A stretch of 64,000 bases of DNA from an uncultured Pseudomonadota bacterium (GCA_963836235.1 CAWIIP010000004.1:608001-672000); one strand, 5' to 3'. Positions 31,728-42,266 are shown, numbered from the stretch's first letter. Numbers and translations: made by a program. The notes: generated from the sequence alone by a model not told the origin.

Positions 31728-33386
31728 ATGGGTTTTCAAAATAGTTTTTTTCTTTTTTTTCTTCTTTCCCTTGGAATAAGCATGATTCTTACCCCTGTCT
31801 TTATCGGGCTTGCGCCCCGGTTACGCCTTCTTGATCGTCCTGGCGGCAGAAAAATTCATCAAACACTTATTCCGCGGATAGGTGGACTCGTCATAGCTAT
31901 TTCAATTCTTTTTGTTGTTGTTATTGGTTTTGCCTTTTTGTCCTTGGCGCATTTTCCATCGGACCAAGTGGTGAAGTTGGGGATCATACTTTCGGGGACT
32001 TTGTTGGCGGCTTTGCTTGGCCTAGTTGATGATTTGATGGATTTAAGGCCGCTGGCAAAATTCGGCTGCCAATCCCTTCTTTCTGGTTTTTTCGCTTTTT
32101 GGGGTTATCATTTTAATTTTATTCACATTCCAGGTTTTTCAATTGTTTCGCTTTCGTTTTTTAGCATTCCTTTTACAGCTTTTTGGATTATGGCCGTGAT
32201 GAATGGATTCAATTTTATGGATGGAGTAGATGGTTTAGCTGGAAGCGTTTCGGTTATAACCTTGTTGGGAATAGGGATAGCAGGTTTTCTTCAGCAGGAC
32301 CCCAGTCTTTGGGTTTTATCATCCGCGGCTTTAGGCAGTTTGGCGGTGTTTCTTGCCTATAATTTCCCGCCGGCTAAAATTTATTTGGGCGATGCTGGAG
32401 CGAGCGTTTTAAGTTTCCTCTCGGCGGCAAGCATAATTTCTTTGGGCCAGCCAAGGGCCGCTTTTTTTCATCCAGTGGAATTAATTGATTCATCTGATCC
32501 TTTTCGATTCCGGATAATCTTCGCCACCCTCATGGTTGGTTACCCTTTTCTTGAAGTTGTTCTTTCAACTATTCGCCGGGGCATCAAGAAATTCTATTAT
32601 GGGCGTTCAATGGAATGGTCCGAAAAAGAACACATTCACCATCGTCTACTGAACTTAGGATTGGTTCCGATTCAGATATCCATTCTGGGTGCCGGGTTTA
32701 ATTTTTTGATGGTCGCCGCGGCACTTTGGGCCATGTCCCATGATTACGCATTAGCGGTTTTTTTTCTTCTCCCGTTTGTTGTTATTCTTACCATTCTTAT
32801 GCCTCGGATGGGTTTTTTTGATTTCTTGGATGCAACGGCGCTTATGGGTAAAAGATCCTACTATCTTATGGCCCACCATTTTATGAAAATGCAACAGGTA
32901 AAGCTAAAGCTGGTATCGGATAGAGAAGAAATCCTAGCCCTTGTATGTCAAACCTGCGCGGAGTTCGGCGTTCAGGGATTTTGGATCAAATCGGAAGCCG
33001 ATTCTTTGGGGAAAGGAGGATTGGTTTACTATTGGGAAAGGGCACATGATATTCAACGGGAATACCTTCAATTTCTGAAAATCGAAATCATTAGTGGCGA
33101 TTTTGAGGTCTTCCGGGAAAGGGCGGCACTGGAAGAAGAAAAAATAGAAGCATATTGGATTTTTGAGCCGCATTCGGAAGAAAATGAACTGGATGTGGAA
33201 TACCGTGTATTGGTAAGCAATTTCATGTATGCCGTGCTTCGAAGAATCAGCGACTTGAGCCGTTTGGCTACCGATTCCTCAATGGTTGAAATTGGTAATT
33301 TGGCTCACGCCAAAGTGCGATCTAGTCTCTTGCGGCGACGGTATGGGGATAATAAAGACAAGATGGGCACAAAACCATTGAAATAG
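31728..33386 (+). CDS. WecA/TagO/MraY-family polyprenyl-phosphate HexNAc-1-P transferase with a C-terminal soluble extension
   Basis: DRPGGRKIH, PRIGG, GLVDD, NFMDGVDG, YLGDAG and HIHHRL; multiple TM helices. Confidence 0.9.
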   Translation: MGFQNSFFLFFLLSLGISMILTPVFIGLAPRLRLLDRPGGRKIHQTLIPRIGGLVIAISILFVVVIGFAFLSLAHFPSDQVVKLGIILSGTLLAALLGLVDDLMDLRPLAKFGCQSLLSGFFAFWGYHFNFIHIPGFSIVSLSFFSIPFTAFWIMAVMNGFNFMDGVDGLAGSVSVITLLGIGIAGFLQQDPSLWVLSSAALGSLAVFLAYNFPPAKIYLGDAGASVLSFLSAASIISLGQPRAAFFHPVELIDSSDPFRFRIIFATLMVGYPFLEVVLSTIRRGIKKFYYGRSMEWSEKEHIHHRLLNLGLVPIQISILGAGFNFLMVAAALWAMSHDYALAVFFLLPFVVILTILMPRMGFFDFLDATALMGKRSYYLMAHHFMKMQQVKLKLVSDREEILALVCQTCAEFGVQGFWIKSEADSLGKGGLVYYWERAHDIQREYLQFLKIEIISGDFEVFRERAALEEEKIEAYWIFEPHSEENELDVEYRVLVSNFMYAVLRRISDLSRLATDSSMVEIGNLAHAKVRSSLLRRRYGDNKDKMGTKPLK

Positions 33387-33423
33387 GAACTTCATCCCGA
33401 TTTTGGTTTAGGCGTTCCGAGGC

Positions 33424-33452
33424 TAGACCCTACCCAGCTTGGTTGTTATAAT
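33424..33452 (+). promoter_or_regulatory. Putative sigma70 promoter upstream of the wza-like gene
   Basis: tagacc, 17-bp spacer, then tataat with an extended -10 TG. Confidence 0.45.
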
Positions 33453-33596
33453 TTCACACCTTTCAAGAGACTCGCAATTTTCGGATTTCGGAAAATTGCT
33501 TTCTGAACGGTGGCTTAAAAATCGATGAAACTAAAATTCACCTTTTAAGTGAATCGTGACTTTGATGGGATTAATCCTTCGAAAAGCGTAGGTAAA

Positions 33597-34427
33597 ATGA
33601 AAAGAAAGTCCTTGATGCCCCAACGGCTAAGATTTTTTTTAGTAACTTATTTAACTTTTTTTTTGGCCTTGCCCCCCATTGGTTTCACGGCTTTTGCGTC
33701 CACTTCAAAGGGTAAGAAGAAAAAAATATCGGTTGTGGCAACCCCAACACCGGAGCCTTCGGAGAGCACTCAGCCATCCATGATCGACAAAACAACAAAT
33801 TCTTATCCGGCTCTTCTTATTGGACCGGGTGATGAACTTGAAATCTATGTTGTCAATTTTTCCTCTGGAAATGGTTACACCACGACCGCTTCCGGCGAGG
33901 GGAGTACGAAAAGTCAATTACCAACAAATTACCTTGTTGACTCCGATGGAATGATTCTTTTTCCCTTTTTGGGAGACATTCAACTCAAGGATTTAACTCA
34001 GATTCAGGCGGCAAAGCTCATGAAAAAAGAATTGAGCCAATTTATTTCCAATCCACAGGTAACCGTCCTTGTGCGAAATTCTAATTACTATAATGTTTTA
34101 GTTTTAGGGGATGTGGCTAGACCGGGAAAATTTCTAATCCGAGGGGAGCCCACGATTTTTTCCGCCCTTGCCGATGCGGGAGGGCCAAATCAGGACGCGG
34201 ATTTAGGTGGGGCAGTTATCATTCGGGGCGATACGAACAAAAAGGAGAAAATCCATTTGGACCGTTATTTAAAGGACAATGGGTTTCATTCTCCCCCGTC
34301 TATAGTTTATCCGGGGGATGTTCTCATGATTCCCAAAACCGGTGGAATTTCAGGAGAGGATTTAGCCATATTGGCCAGTATCGTAGCCAGCGTAGCGCTT
34401 ATTACTACCCAAGTTAAATTTAACTGA
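33597..34427 (+). CDS. wza: Polysaccharide export protein (Wza/OPX; Poly_export + SLBB)
   Basis: IGPGDELEI, VDSDGMI.FPFLG, NPQVTV, VLGDV.RPG, ALADAGG and a C-terminal hydrophobic helix. Confidence 0.88.
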   Translation: MKRKSLMPQRLRFFLVTYLTFFLALPPIGFTAFASTSKGKKKKISVVATPTPEPSESTQPSMIDKTTNSYPALLIGPGDELEIYVVNFSSGNGYTTTASGEGSTKSQLPTNYLVDSDGMILFPFLGDIQLKDLTQIQAAKLMKKELSQFISNPQVTVLVRNSNYYNVLVLGDVARPGKFLIRGEPTIFSALADAGGPNQDADLGGAVIIRGDTNKKEKIHLDRYLKDNGFHSPPSIVYPGDVLMIPKTGGISGEDLAILASIVASVALITTQVKFN

Positions 34428-34512
34428 GACGTCCAGTTTAAAAAGTTTTAGCGTTCAGCTCTTTTTTATCCCAGTTTTGTAATTTTTATTTCAAATTTCG
34501 TCGAGGAATGAA

Positions 34513-36087
34513 ATGGCCAATTTGCTTTTCCAAGTTGAAGATCCCGAACTGAATTTTATTAAATTATTTCAAGTTTTGCGCCGCCGACGAAAAACCATTT
34601 TAAGTACCGTATCTGGTTTCCTACTCATTTCATTGCTTTATGGTTTCCTTTGGCCCAAAACATATCAATCTGTCACGACGGTCAAAGTTCCAGACTCCTC
34701 CCAATCGTCCGCCAATGCATTACGGGAAATGTCTTTTGCCTCTACCTCGGGGGACCCTATTGAAACCTATATGCAGGTGGCCGCTGCGGATAAAGTGGCA
34801 TTGGGAGTAATAGATGAGCTCAAGTTGAGGTCTAATCCAAAATTCAAGGATCTTACAGATGCCAAAATACTTTGGTACCTCCACCAACAGGTCATTATCG
34901 ACAACGTCAAACATTCCAACCTCATTTCCATTGCGGGCCGGGCCAAAACTCCCCAGGTGGCGGCCGATCTGGCCAATGCCTGGGCAGAAAGTTTTATTCA
35001 GGTCAGTCAAGATTTGATTCAGGAGGCCGCCCAAGCTCGTTATCAATTCATTCACAAGCAGCTACAAGCTATTCGGGATAAAATTGAGGAAAACAAAGAA
35101 AATAAACGAAATTTTTTGAACCAGTCCAACGAGTTGGAAGCCGACGAATTGGTTTATAAATCCCTCTTGGAGCAGGATCAGGAAAGCAGGATCCAGGCCA
35201 ACGACCAGAATACGGGTATTGTGGTGGTAGATGCCGCTGCACCCCCAGATAAGGCGAGTTCACCCAAAAAGACATTGGCGCTCGTTTTGGGCCTGTTTGC
35301 TGGCGTTTTTGTAGGGGTACTGGCTGCTTTTGGCAAAGAGAGAATGGAAGATAGCATATTTGAAGAAGTAGATTTGACCCAACTTACCCAATCAGTCCTT
35401 TGGGCCGAAATCCCTTGGTCTCCAGCAAAAGATCAAAGGACGACTTCTTCTGCCAATTCTTTGATTTCCCAAGCTCGTTTTCAAAATTCTCCTTATCTTC
35501 AGAGTTTCAAGGTGCTTCGGAGTCATCTTCTTTTGGTTCGGCCGGAAGGGGGCTGCCTTGCCGTTGGAATCCTTTCTCCAAGTCGTGGAGAGGGAAGAAC
35601 AATGGCCAATGCGAATTTATCTTTGGCTCTTGCGCAGGCCGGGAAAAAAGTCCTTTTGGTTGATGCCGACTTGGAGAACCCTAAAGTGGGATCTCTTTTC
35701 GGGGTGGAAGCCTCGGTTACCTCGGGCCTTTCAAGTCTTTTGTCCGGCCAAGCCAGTTTAAAAGAAGTGGTCAAATCCTCTGGTGTTCCGGGTTTTTCTC
35801 TTCTGCCGGCCTCTTCCGATTCAACAGACATTTCTGGTTTGCTAAGCCCCAGTGCCCTCAAAAAATGGTTGGATGAAGTGAAATCGAAATTCGATTTTAT
35901 CCTTTTTGATGGACCCCCGCTTCTTGTCTCCCCTGATTCGGCGGTTTTGGCTGCAGCCTTGGATGGGATCGTCCTTTTGGCTCGTTTCGGTAAAACTCGC
36001 CGTCCGGATATATTGAAGTCTATCAAACAGCTACAATCCGCCCATGTTCCGCTTTGGGGAACAATAATAAACGGGGTCATCAAGTAA
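34513..36087 (+). CDS. Wzc-like polysaccharide co-polymerase / BY-kinase-like protein with degenerate motifs
   Basis: Two TM helices with a P/G-rich motif, P-loop GEGRT, LLVDAD and FDGPP; no C-terminal Tyr cluster. Confidence 0.85.
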   Translation: MANLLFQVEDPELNFIKLFQVLRRRRKTILSTVSGFLLISLLYGFLWPKTYQSVTTVKVPDSSQSSANALREMSFASTSGDPIETYMQVAAADKVALGVIDELKLRSNPKFKDLTDAKILWYLHQQVIIDNVKHSNLISIAGRAKTPQVAADLANAWAESFIQVSQDLIQEAAQARYQFIHKQLQAIRDKIEENKENKRNFLNQSNELEADELVYKSLLEQDQESRIQANDQNTGIVVVDAAAPPDKASSPKKTLALVLGLFAGVFVGVLAAFGKERMEDSIFEEVDLTQLTQSVLWAEIPWSPAKDQRTTSSANSLISQARFQNSPYLQSFKVLRSHLLLVRPEGGCLAVGILSPSRGEGRTMANANLSLALAQAGKKVLLVDADLENPKVGSLFGVEASVTSGLSSLLSGQASLKEVVKSSGVPGFSLLPASSDSTDISGLLSPSALKKWLDEVKSKFDFILFDGPPLLVSPDSAVLAAALDGIVLLARFGKTRRPDILKSIKQLQSAHVPLWGTIINGVIK

Positions 36088-36221
36088 GTAATTCCTGGTC
36101 GGTTGTCAGGAATCCTTTAGTGACAAGGTAGATGAAACGGACAATCTTCTACCTCAAAAACAAACCGGCGAGTTTTCGAACTTAGCGGATTTCTTAAGTT
36201 AAGGACGGATTCATTCCAATC

Positions 36222-37550
36222 ATGCCGGCCCCATCCTCTTTTTCCATTAAAGACCGTTTTTTAGAATTGTTCCGGAAACGTACCCATCTTTTCAATAAGG
36301 CTGCCATTATGGTCGGAGCCCGGGGATTGGGGATGATCTTCGGCGCTTTGGGCTCGGTTTGGGCCGCCAGGTGTTTGGGTCCCCGTAATTTTGGCATTTC
36401 CGGCATGGTTCAAAGCCTCGTCCTTTTAACGGGTGTGCTCGTCACGGTTATCTATCCCCTGGTTCTAATACGGGACTATAAAAACGCCCCGGACGATGAA
36501 GCTAGGAACCACCTAGTCCAGATTACCAACGGTTTTCGGTTGGCGGTTTCCCTGGCCTTTTGCGGCCTGGCCGCTTTGTTTCTAGGGCTGCATTTAGAAC
36601 CATTGGATTTTCATTTCGCCGGATGGTTTTTTCTCCCCATTCTTTTTTTAAACTCGATTCAGCCTACCTGGATTTTCCAGGCCGCTGAGAAACAGCATTT
36701 CCAATCTCTTTTAGCGGTCCTCCAGCCGGCCTTAACGGCGGCCTATTATGTTGCTTTTATCAGGCCCGGTATGTCGGCAGGATCGGATCTTTTGGGCATC
36801 ACGGTGGTTTCCGCACTGTTGACTTTTATTTATTGGAAGGCAGTTTTGAAATTAACGGGCTTCCACGGGCGATTTTTAATTCTCGACGCGTGGAAGGAAG
36901 TCTGGACACTCGTTTTAAAATCCCGCTGGTTATTTCTTTCCGCTCTGGCCATCTATGTTTATAACAGCCTGGATCAACCTCTTTTGGGGTGGCTACATTC
37001 CCTGGAAGAACAAGGAAGATATCGCACTGCCGTGAGAGTAACGGATGCTGCGCAAAGTTTCCTCGCGATTCTTCCAAGTGTTTTTTTTCCCCGTTTCCTC
37101 GAGTGGCGAAAAAAAGGTGAGGAGTTTTTTTGGTCGCGCCAAAAGAAGATGGTTCTTTGGGGGGCCTTATCCGGCGGTGTAGCCGCGCTCACGGCGTTCC
37201 TCCTAATCCCACTCTTGTATCCTTTTGTTTTTGGAGCCGCCTATGCGCAGGCAGCCTGGCCCTGCGCCATTTTAATATCGGCAAGAATTATGGACGCCCT
37301 AGGCCAAATTTTTTCTCTTGGATTGATGACGGACCACGATTTCGACAAAGTCATCCTGATTTCCACTCTTGGGATTGCTGTATTTTCGATTGGTTCTAAC
37401 CTCCTTTTCATTCCGCGATTTGGTATGTACTCCGCCGCTACGGTCAACCTGTTAAGTGAGGCCATTATGCTGGCGACCTGCTTCTGGGTCTCCCAACGGC
37501 GCATCGATAGAATTAGGGAAAATAAAAATTCTGAGGTTTCTGGACAATGA
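36222..37550 (+). CDS. Wzx-family oligosaccharide flippase (copy 1)
   Basis: ~12 TM helices; ARCLGP..FG and LFIPRFGMYSAA. Confidence 0.85.
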   Translation: MPAPSSFSIKDRFLELFRKRTHLFNKAAIMVGARGLGMIFGALGSVWAARCLGPRNFGISGMVQSLVLLTGVLVTVIYPLVLIRDYKNAPDDEARNHLVQITNGFRLAVSLAFCGLAALFLGLHLEPLDFHFAGWFFLPILFLNSIQPTWIFQAAEKQHFQSLLAVLQPALTAAYYVAFIRPGMSAGSDLLGITVVSALLTFIYWKAVLKLTGFHGRFLILDAWKEVWTLVLKSRWLFLSALAIYVYNSLDQPLLGWLHSLEEQGRYRTAVRVTDAAQSFLAILPSVFFPRFLEWRKKGEEFFWSRQKKMVLWGALSGGVAALTAFLLIPLLYPFVFGAAYAQAAWPCAILISARIMDALGQIFSLGLMTDHDFDKVILISTLGIAVFSIGSNLLFIPRFGMYSAATVNLLSEAIMLATCFWVSQRRIDRIRENKNSEVSGQ

Positions 37551-37610
37551 TGCTTCTTTTACCTTGCGTAAATCGGGATTCCTTCCGTCGATCGGCATTC
37601 GAAGTCAAAA

Positions 37611-39728
37611 ATGGGAGGCTGTTGGGTGAACTTTGTCCACAAAAATAACGGGAAGATACTTTACCGGTTGATCGAGACTTGCGACTTGATTTCCTTCGAT
37701 GTGTTTGACACGGCAATATTAAGGAACGTTCTAGTCCCAGGGGATGTTTTCGAACTTGTTGGGAAGAAAATGGGGTTTGATTTCGATTTCAGGGAAATAC
37801 GTGAAAAAATGGAAAAAGAGGCTTGGAAAAGCCAAAAGAGTTTTGAAAAAACTCCCGAACTGACCCTTCGGGATATTTACGAGAAAATGTCACAATATTC
37901 ACTTCCCAACATGCCGAAAGATAAAGCTGAAAAAATCGAAGCCGCAGAAATTGAGATGGAAAGGCATGTGTGTCAAAAAAATCCATTTATCCATTCAATT
38001 TATGAAAATTGCTTGCGAAAGGGAAAACAGATCGTCTTTACCAGCGATATGTATCTTCCCCGATCGGTTGTTCGGGAGATACTGATTCAAAACGGTTACC
38101 GGAAGTTTGACAAACTTTATGTTTCATCCGATGTTCAGATGACTAAACGAACGGGTAGTTTGTATCGTATGATTTGTTCCGATTTTAAAATTCCGCCCGG
38201 AAGAGTCCTTCATATAGGTGATAATTACCATTCAGACGTCAAACGGGCTAGAAAAGCCGGGCTGAAAATCTACCACTATCCCAAATGTCTTGATGTTGCC
38301 TCAGCGGATCCTGATTTCAAGAGGTTTCTCAGTCACTTTGATCAGTATGACTTGAGGGAACCAATGATTTCGGTTTGGCTGGCGATTATCGTAAACCGAT
38401 TTTTTGCGGTTCGGCCTGTTGAAAAAAAAGACTTTTTCTATCGGGTTGGTTTTTGTTACTGGGGGCTATTTAATATTGGTTTTGCCCACTGGCTTTACGA
38501 GCAAGCGTCCCGCCAAAAAGTGGAAAAGCTTTTTTTCCTTTCGCGGGATGGATTCGTACCCTGGAAAGTTTATGAAATAATTCGCAAAGAAATGGAACTT
38601 AAGATTCCCTCTGATTATTTGTTCGCTTCTCGGAAAGCTTTTAATTTCCCAGGGGTCCTCAAAATGGATTCCGTGGCTTTGGACTTTTTTTGTGAGGCAG
38701 TTCCCAAACGAAGAGTTGGTTTTTATCTGGAAAGGATTGGTTTGGAACCACGGAAATACGAGAGGGCAATAAGGGACTGTGGTTTCGAGGGACATGGCCA
38801 AATTGTCCGAACTTCGGATTTTCCGACACTAGAAAAACTATTTTTAGAAATAAAAGCGGATATCCTTAAAAGCGTTCAGCAAGAAAGAAAAAAGCTTTAT
38901 CGGTATTTTAAAGCCATGGGGTTGTTCAAGCATAAGTCCATTGCCTTCGTCGATTTTGGTTGGAAGGGTTCCTTGCAGAAATCATATGAGAATTTGGTCG
39001 GCCGGGTTTGGAAGCTCCACCAAAAAGTCAACGGTTTTTACATCTGCGTTTGGAGCAAGCTTTTTCCTGGTAAACGGATCAAGGACATGGACGGAATGAA
39101 AGGTTACCTCTTACATTTTGGGATTCCACGAAAAGATAAGGACTTTATCCTCAGCCACACGACTCTTTTTGAGGATATGTTTCCAGCTCCTCATGGGTCG
39201 GTGGTGGGCTACGAGAAAATCGAAGGAACTGTAAAACCATTGCTTGCGGATTACGAGCCTCGGTCCGGAAAAGAGAAAGAAAGTCTAATTGCGGGGGTTA
39301 CCGATTTCGCCCTTGCCTATCGTTCGTTTCTTACTTTGTTACCTGTCCAAAAAGACTTAGCGCTAAAACCGTTTTATAAGATCGTTCGGAAACCCACGCT
39401 GGAAGAGGCGAGGAAAATTGGGAAACATGAATATGGGACATCCTTTGGCGCTTATCAAAACAGCAAAACGGTTTCCAACTTTCCTTCTGTTTACGAGGCC
39501 CTCATCCGGCCCCATATTTTGTTAAAGAATTTCATGAATTCTTATTGGAAAGAGGGTTATTTGACCCAATTTCGCCTATCATTTTTCCTCGTTTTTTTTG
39601 AGAAAATGAACGGTGGACAGATCCATTCTTTTTTTCGAAAAATTAAGATCGTCATGAACGAAGGCTTGCGGGGGCGTATCAACCTTCGAGAGATTAAGAA
39701 GCGCATGAATTGGATGGGAAAATCCTAA
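37611..39728 (+). CDS. HAD phosphatase + phosphoribosyltransferase-like bifunctional protein (putative glycan ribofuranosyltransferase)
   Basis: N-terminal HAD motifs SFDVFDT, TSDMY and HIGDN..SD; C-terminal FLSRDG and VDFGWKGSLQ (PRPP-loop-like). Confidence 0.75.
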   Translation: MGGCWVNFVHKNNGKILYRLIETCDLISFDVFDTAILRNVLVPGDVFELVGKKMGFDFDFREIREKMEKEAWKSQKSFEKTPELTLRDIYEKMSQYSLPNMPKDKAEKIEAAEIEMERHVCQKNPFIHSIYENCLRKGKQIVFTSDMYLPRSVVREILIQNGYRKFDKLYVSSDVQMTKRTGSLYRMICSDFKIPPGRVLHIGDNYHSDVKRARKAGLKIYHYPKCLDVASADPDFKRFLSHFDQYDLREPMISVWLAIIVNRFFAVRPVEKKDFFYRVGFCYWGLFNIGFAHWLYEQASRQKVEKLFFLSRDGFVPWKVYEIIRKEMELKIPSDYLFASRKAFNFPGVLKMDSVALDFFCEAVPKRRVGFYLERIGLEPRKYERAIRDCGFEGHGQIVRTSDFPTLEKLFLEIKADILKSVQQERKKLYRYFKAMGLFKHKSIAFVDFGWKGSLQKSYENLVGRVWKLHQKVNGFYICVWSKLFPGKRIKDMDGMKGYLLHFGIPRKDKDFILSHTTLFEDMFPAPHGSVVGYEKIEGTVKPLLADYEPRSGKEKESLIAGVTDFALAYRSFLTLLPVQKDLALKPFYKIVRKPTLEEARKIGKHEYGTSFGAYQNSKTVSNFPSVYEALIRPHILLKNFMNSYWKEGYLTQFRLSFFLVFFEKMNGGQIHSFFRKIKIVMNEGLRGRINLREIKKRMNWMGKS

Positions 39729-39880
39729 ATCGTTTTGGCGGTTTCCAAAATTACACCTGCCGATTTTGGCTGACACGGATAGGGTTATTGGCCAGTTTCC
39801 ATAGATGCACTACCTATCGGGGTAAGTCAAAGTGGGTTATGTGTATTTTGTTTTTTATATTAGACTTTTAAGGAGCTTCG

Positions 39881-41194
39881 ATGTCCGTCATGTTCAAATG
39901 GGCCGGACATTTTTTTTCGAAAAAAAATGTGAAAATATTTCCCGGTCGGCCGAAACTCCTCAAAAAAGCTGCGGTTATGGTAGGCGCTAGAATAGTGGGG
40001 TTGGGCTTCGGTGCGATAGGCGCAGTATGGGCCGCTCGTTGTTTAGGACCGAAAAATCTAGGCATCTCAGGAATGGTTCAGAATGTTGTTCAACAGGCGG
40101 TTCTCATGATTGGAGTCCTTTCCCCCACGGTTCTGATTAGGGAATATAAAAGCCTTGAAAATGATGAGGAAAGGAGCGACCTTTTGAAGTTGACCAATGG
40201 GTTCCGTCTTCTTTTGGCATTGGGCTTCTGCATACTGGCCGTTCCTTTCTTGACTTTCCGTTGGTTGCCAGACCTTTATTTGCGTGTTGGATGGATGTTC
40301 ATACCTATCCTTTTGGTTATTTCCATTCAACCGATTTGGATTTTTCAAGCCGCTGAGAAACAGCAGTTCCAATCGATGATCGCCGTATTTCAACCAGCCT
40401 TGACTGCTTTGATATATCTGTTTTTTTTTAGACCCGGGATGTCGGCAGGCGCGGATTTAATCGCCATTACAACGGTCGCCACGGTTCTTCTGGTTGTTTA
40501 TTGGACCACCATATATAAGCTGACACCTTTAAATGGAAATTTTTTTTCTTTCCAGGGATTGGAAAAGATATGGAGCTTGACGCGGAAATCTAGGTGGTTG
40601 TACGTGATGGCCCTAGCCATGTATATCTATACCCTTTTGGAGCAGCCCTTGTTGGGGTGGCTTTACTCCGTGGAGGAATTGGGAAAGTATAGAACCGCTG
40701 TTAAGGTCACCGACGCGTTGAACGGAACATTTGCCATCATTCCGATGATTCTTTTTCCACGGTTCATCGAATGGCGTAAACGGGGAGAAGCGGTACTTTG
40801 GAACAGGCAAATGAAGCTCACGGTCCTATTTGCGGCTGGCGGGGCCGCGGCGGCGACCGCAGGGTTTATCCTTATTCCGCGGTTTTATCCATTGGTCTTC
40901 GGAGTTCCTTTTGCCCAAGCCGGAATACCTTGCGCGATCCTAGTCCTTTCCAAAATCGTGACTATTGTCAGCGGCATTTATGGGTGGGGCCTGCTAACTG
41001 ACCATCGTTACGACAAGAAAGTTTCAATTGCCATGATTCTTACCGCGGTTTTTTCTTTGGGTGCGAACTTTTTCTTTATTCCTCGTTTCGGCATGTATGG
41101 GGCTTCTTTAATCAATTTAGCTAGTGAAGTGATTATTTTGATGGCGATGGTTAGGTTGACGGTTCGGCGTCATCGAGCGCTTCTGATTTCTTAG
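39881..41194 (+). CDS. Wzx-family oligosaccharide flippase (copy 2)
   Basis: Close paralog of 36222-37550, sharing KAA.MVGAR, WIFQAAEKQ.FQS, QPLLGWL and FPRF.EWRK. Confidence 0.85.
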   Translation: MSVMFKWAGHFFSKKNVKIFPGRPKLLKKAAVMVGARIVGLGFGAIGAVWAARCLGPKNLGISGMVQNVVQQAVLMIGVLSPTVLIREYKSLENDEERSDLLKLTNGFRLLLALGFCILAVPFLTFRWLPDLYLRVGWMFIPILLVISIQPIWIFQAAEKQQFQSMIAVFQPALTALIYLFFFRPGMSAGADLIAITTVATVLLVVYWTTIYKLTPLNGNFFSFQGLEKIWSLTRKSRWLYVMALAMYIYTLLEQPLLGWLYSVEELGKYRTAVKVTDALNGTFAIIPMILFPRFIEWRKRGEAVLWNRQMKLTVLFAAGGAAAATAGFILIPRFYPLVFGVPFAQAGIPCAILVLSKIVTIVSGIYGWGLLTDHRYDKKVSIAMILTAVFSLGANFFFIPRFGMYGASLINLASEVIILMAMVRLTVRRHRALLIS

Positions 41195-41288
41195 CGGGCA
41201 TTATGGTTGGGTTAGATCGGATCGACGATTCTTTAAAGCATGGGATAGAATGGCCAAGCCGCATTTGCGCCTTAAGGATTATCGATAA

Positions 41289-42266
41289 ATGAAAAAGAAA
41301 ATATTCCCCTCGAAAAAGACGCCTTTCTTTTCAATCGTTGTTCCTCTCTTCAATAAAAAAAAATACATCCGAAGATCCGTGAAATCTGTGTTGAAACAAA
41401 TTTTTCGAGATTTCGAGCTGATTGTCGTCGACGACGGTTCCAAAGATGGAAGCCCGGGTATTGTCCGATCCTTTAAGGATAAAAGGATTCGCTTGATTGT
41501 CCAAAAAAACAATGGAGTGTCGGCTGCCCGCAATAGGGGAGTGGCGACCGCAAGGGGACGGTATATCACTTTCCTGGATGCCGACGACGATTTGGATTCG
41601 AGTTACCTGGAAACGCTTCGAAAATTGATCGATGATTTTCCAGGAGCCGGGATTTATGGTACCAATTATTGGATCGATAATGGAAAGGAAAAACTGGAAA
41701 ACCCAGTGCGGCTTCCTGCCGGATGGCGTGGAAGAATGAGGGATTATTATGACTTGGCGTATTACAGCCGTCCGCCATTCTCGACCAACACTGTCTGCCT
41801 ACCGGCTTCTCTAGCAAAAGTAGTACCGTTCCCCTTGGCTATCAAGGCGGGCGAGGATCTTTTAGTCTGGTTCAAAATTTCCCTAAGGCACGATACGGTC
41901 TATCAAAATAAACCACTTGCCACCTATTACTTGGAAGCCGACGAAAACACCCATAAGACTTATTTTGGACCCCAATATCACCTTGATTGGCTTGAATTGG
42001 GCGCACAGTTGAAGAAGGGAAAAGTCCTCTCAAAGAACGGTGAAAAATACTTGGTCTGGGCCACCCTTATCCAAGTGAGAAAAATGATCGCCAATGGTTA
42101 TCGTCGGGAAGCTTGGTCCAAATGGTGGTGTTGTCCAAAAATTTATTTTCCCCTTTATCAGATGGCCCTCTTTTTGATGTTTTTCTTACCTTCAAAACAC
42201 TGGAAAAATTTTCATCCCGCCAAACCGGTTTCCGCGATACTGAAAAACCGGAAAATGAACTTATGA
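41289..42266 (+). CDS. Glycosyltransferase family 2
   Basis: SIVVPLFN, VVDDGSKD, GVSAARN, FLDADD and GED. Confidence 0.92.
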   Translation: MKKKIFPSKKTPFFSIVVPLFNKKKYIRRSVKSVLKQIFRDFELIVVDDGSKDGSPGIVRSFKDKRIRLIVQKNNGVSAARNRGVATARGRYITFLDADDDLDSSYLETLRKLIDDFPGAGIYGTNYWIDNGKEKLENPVRLPAGWRGRMRDYYDLAYYSRPPFSTNTVCLPASLAKVVPFPLAIKAGEDLLVWFKISLRHDTVYQNKPLATYYLEADENTHKTYFGPQYHLDWLELGAQLKKGKVLSKNGEKYLVWATLIQVRKMIANGYRREAWSKWWCCPKIYFPLYQMALFLMFFLPSKHWKNFHPAKPVSAILKNRKMNL

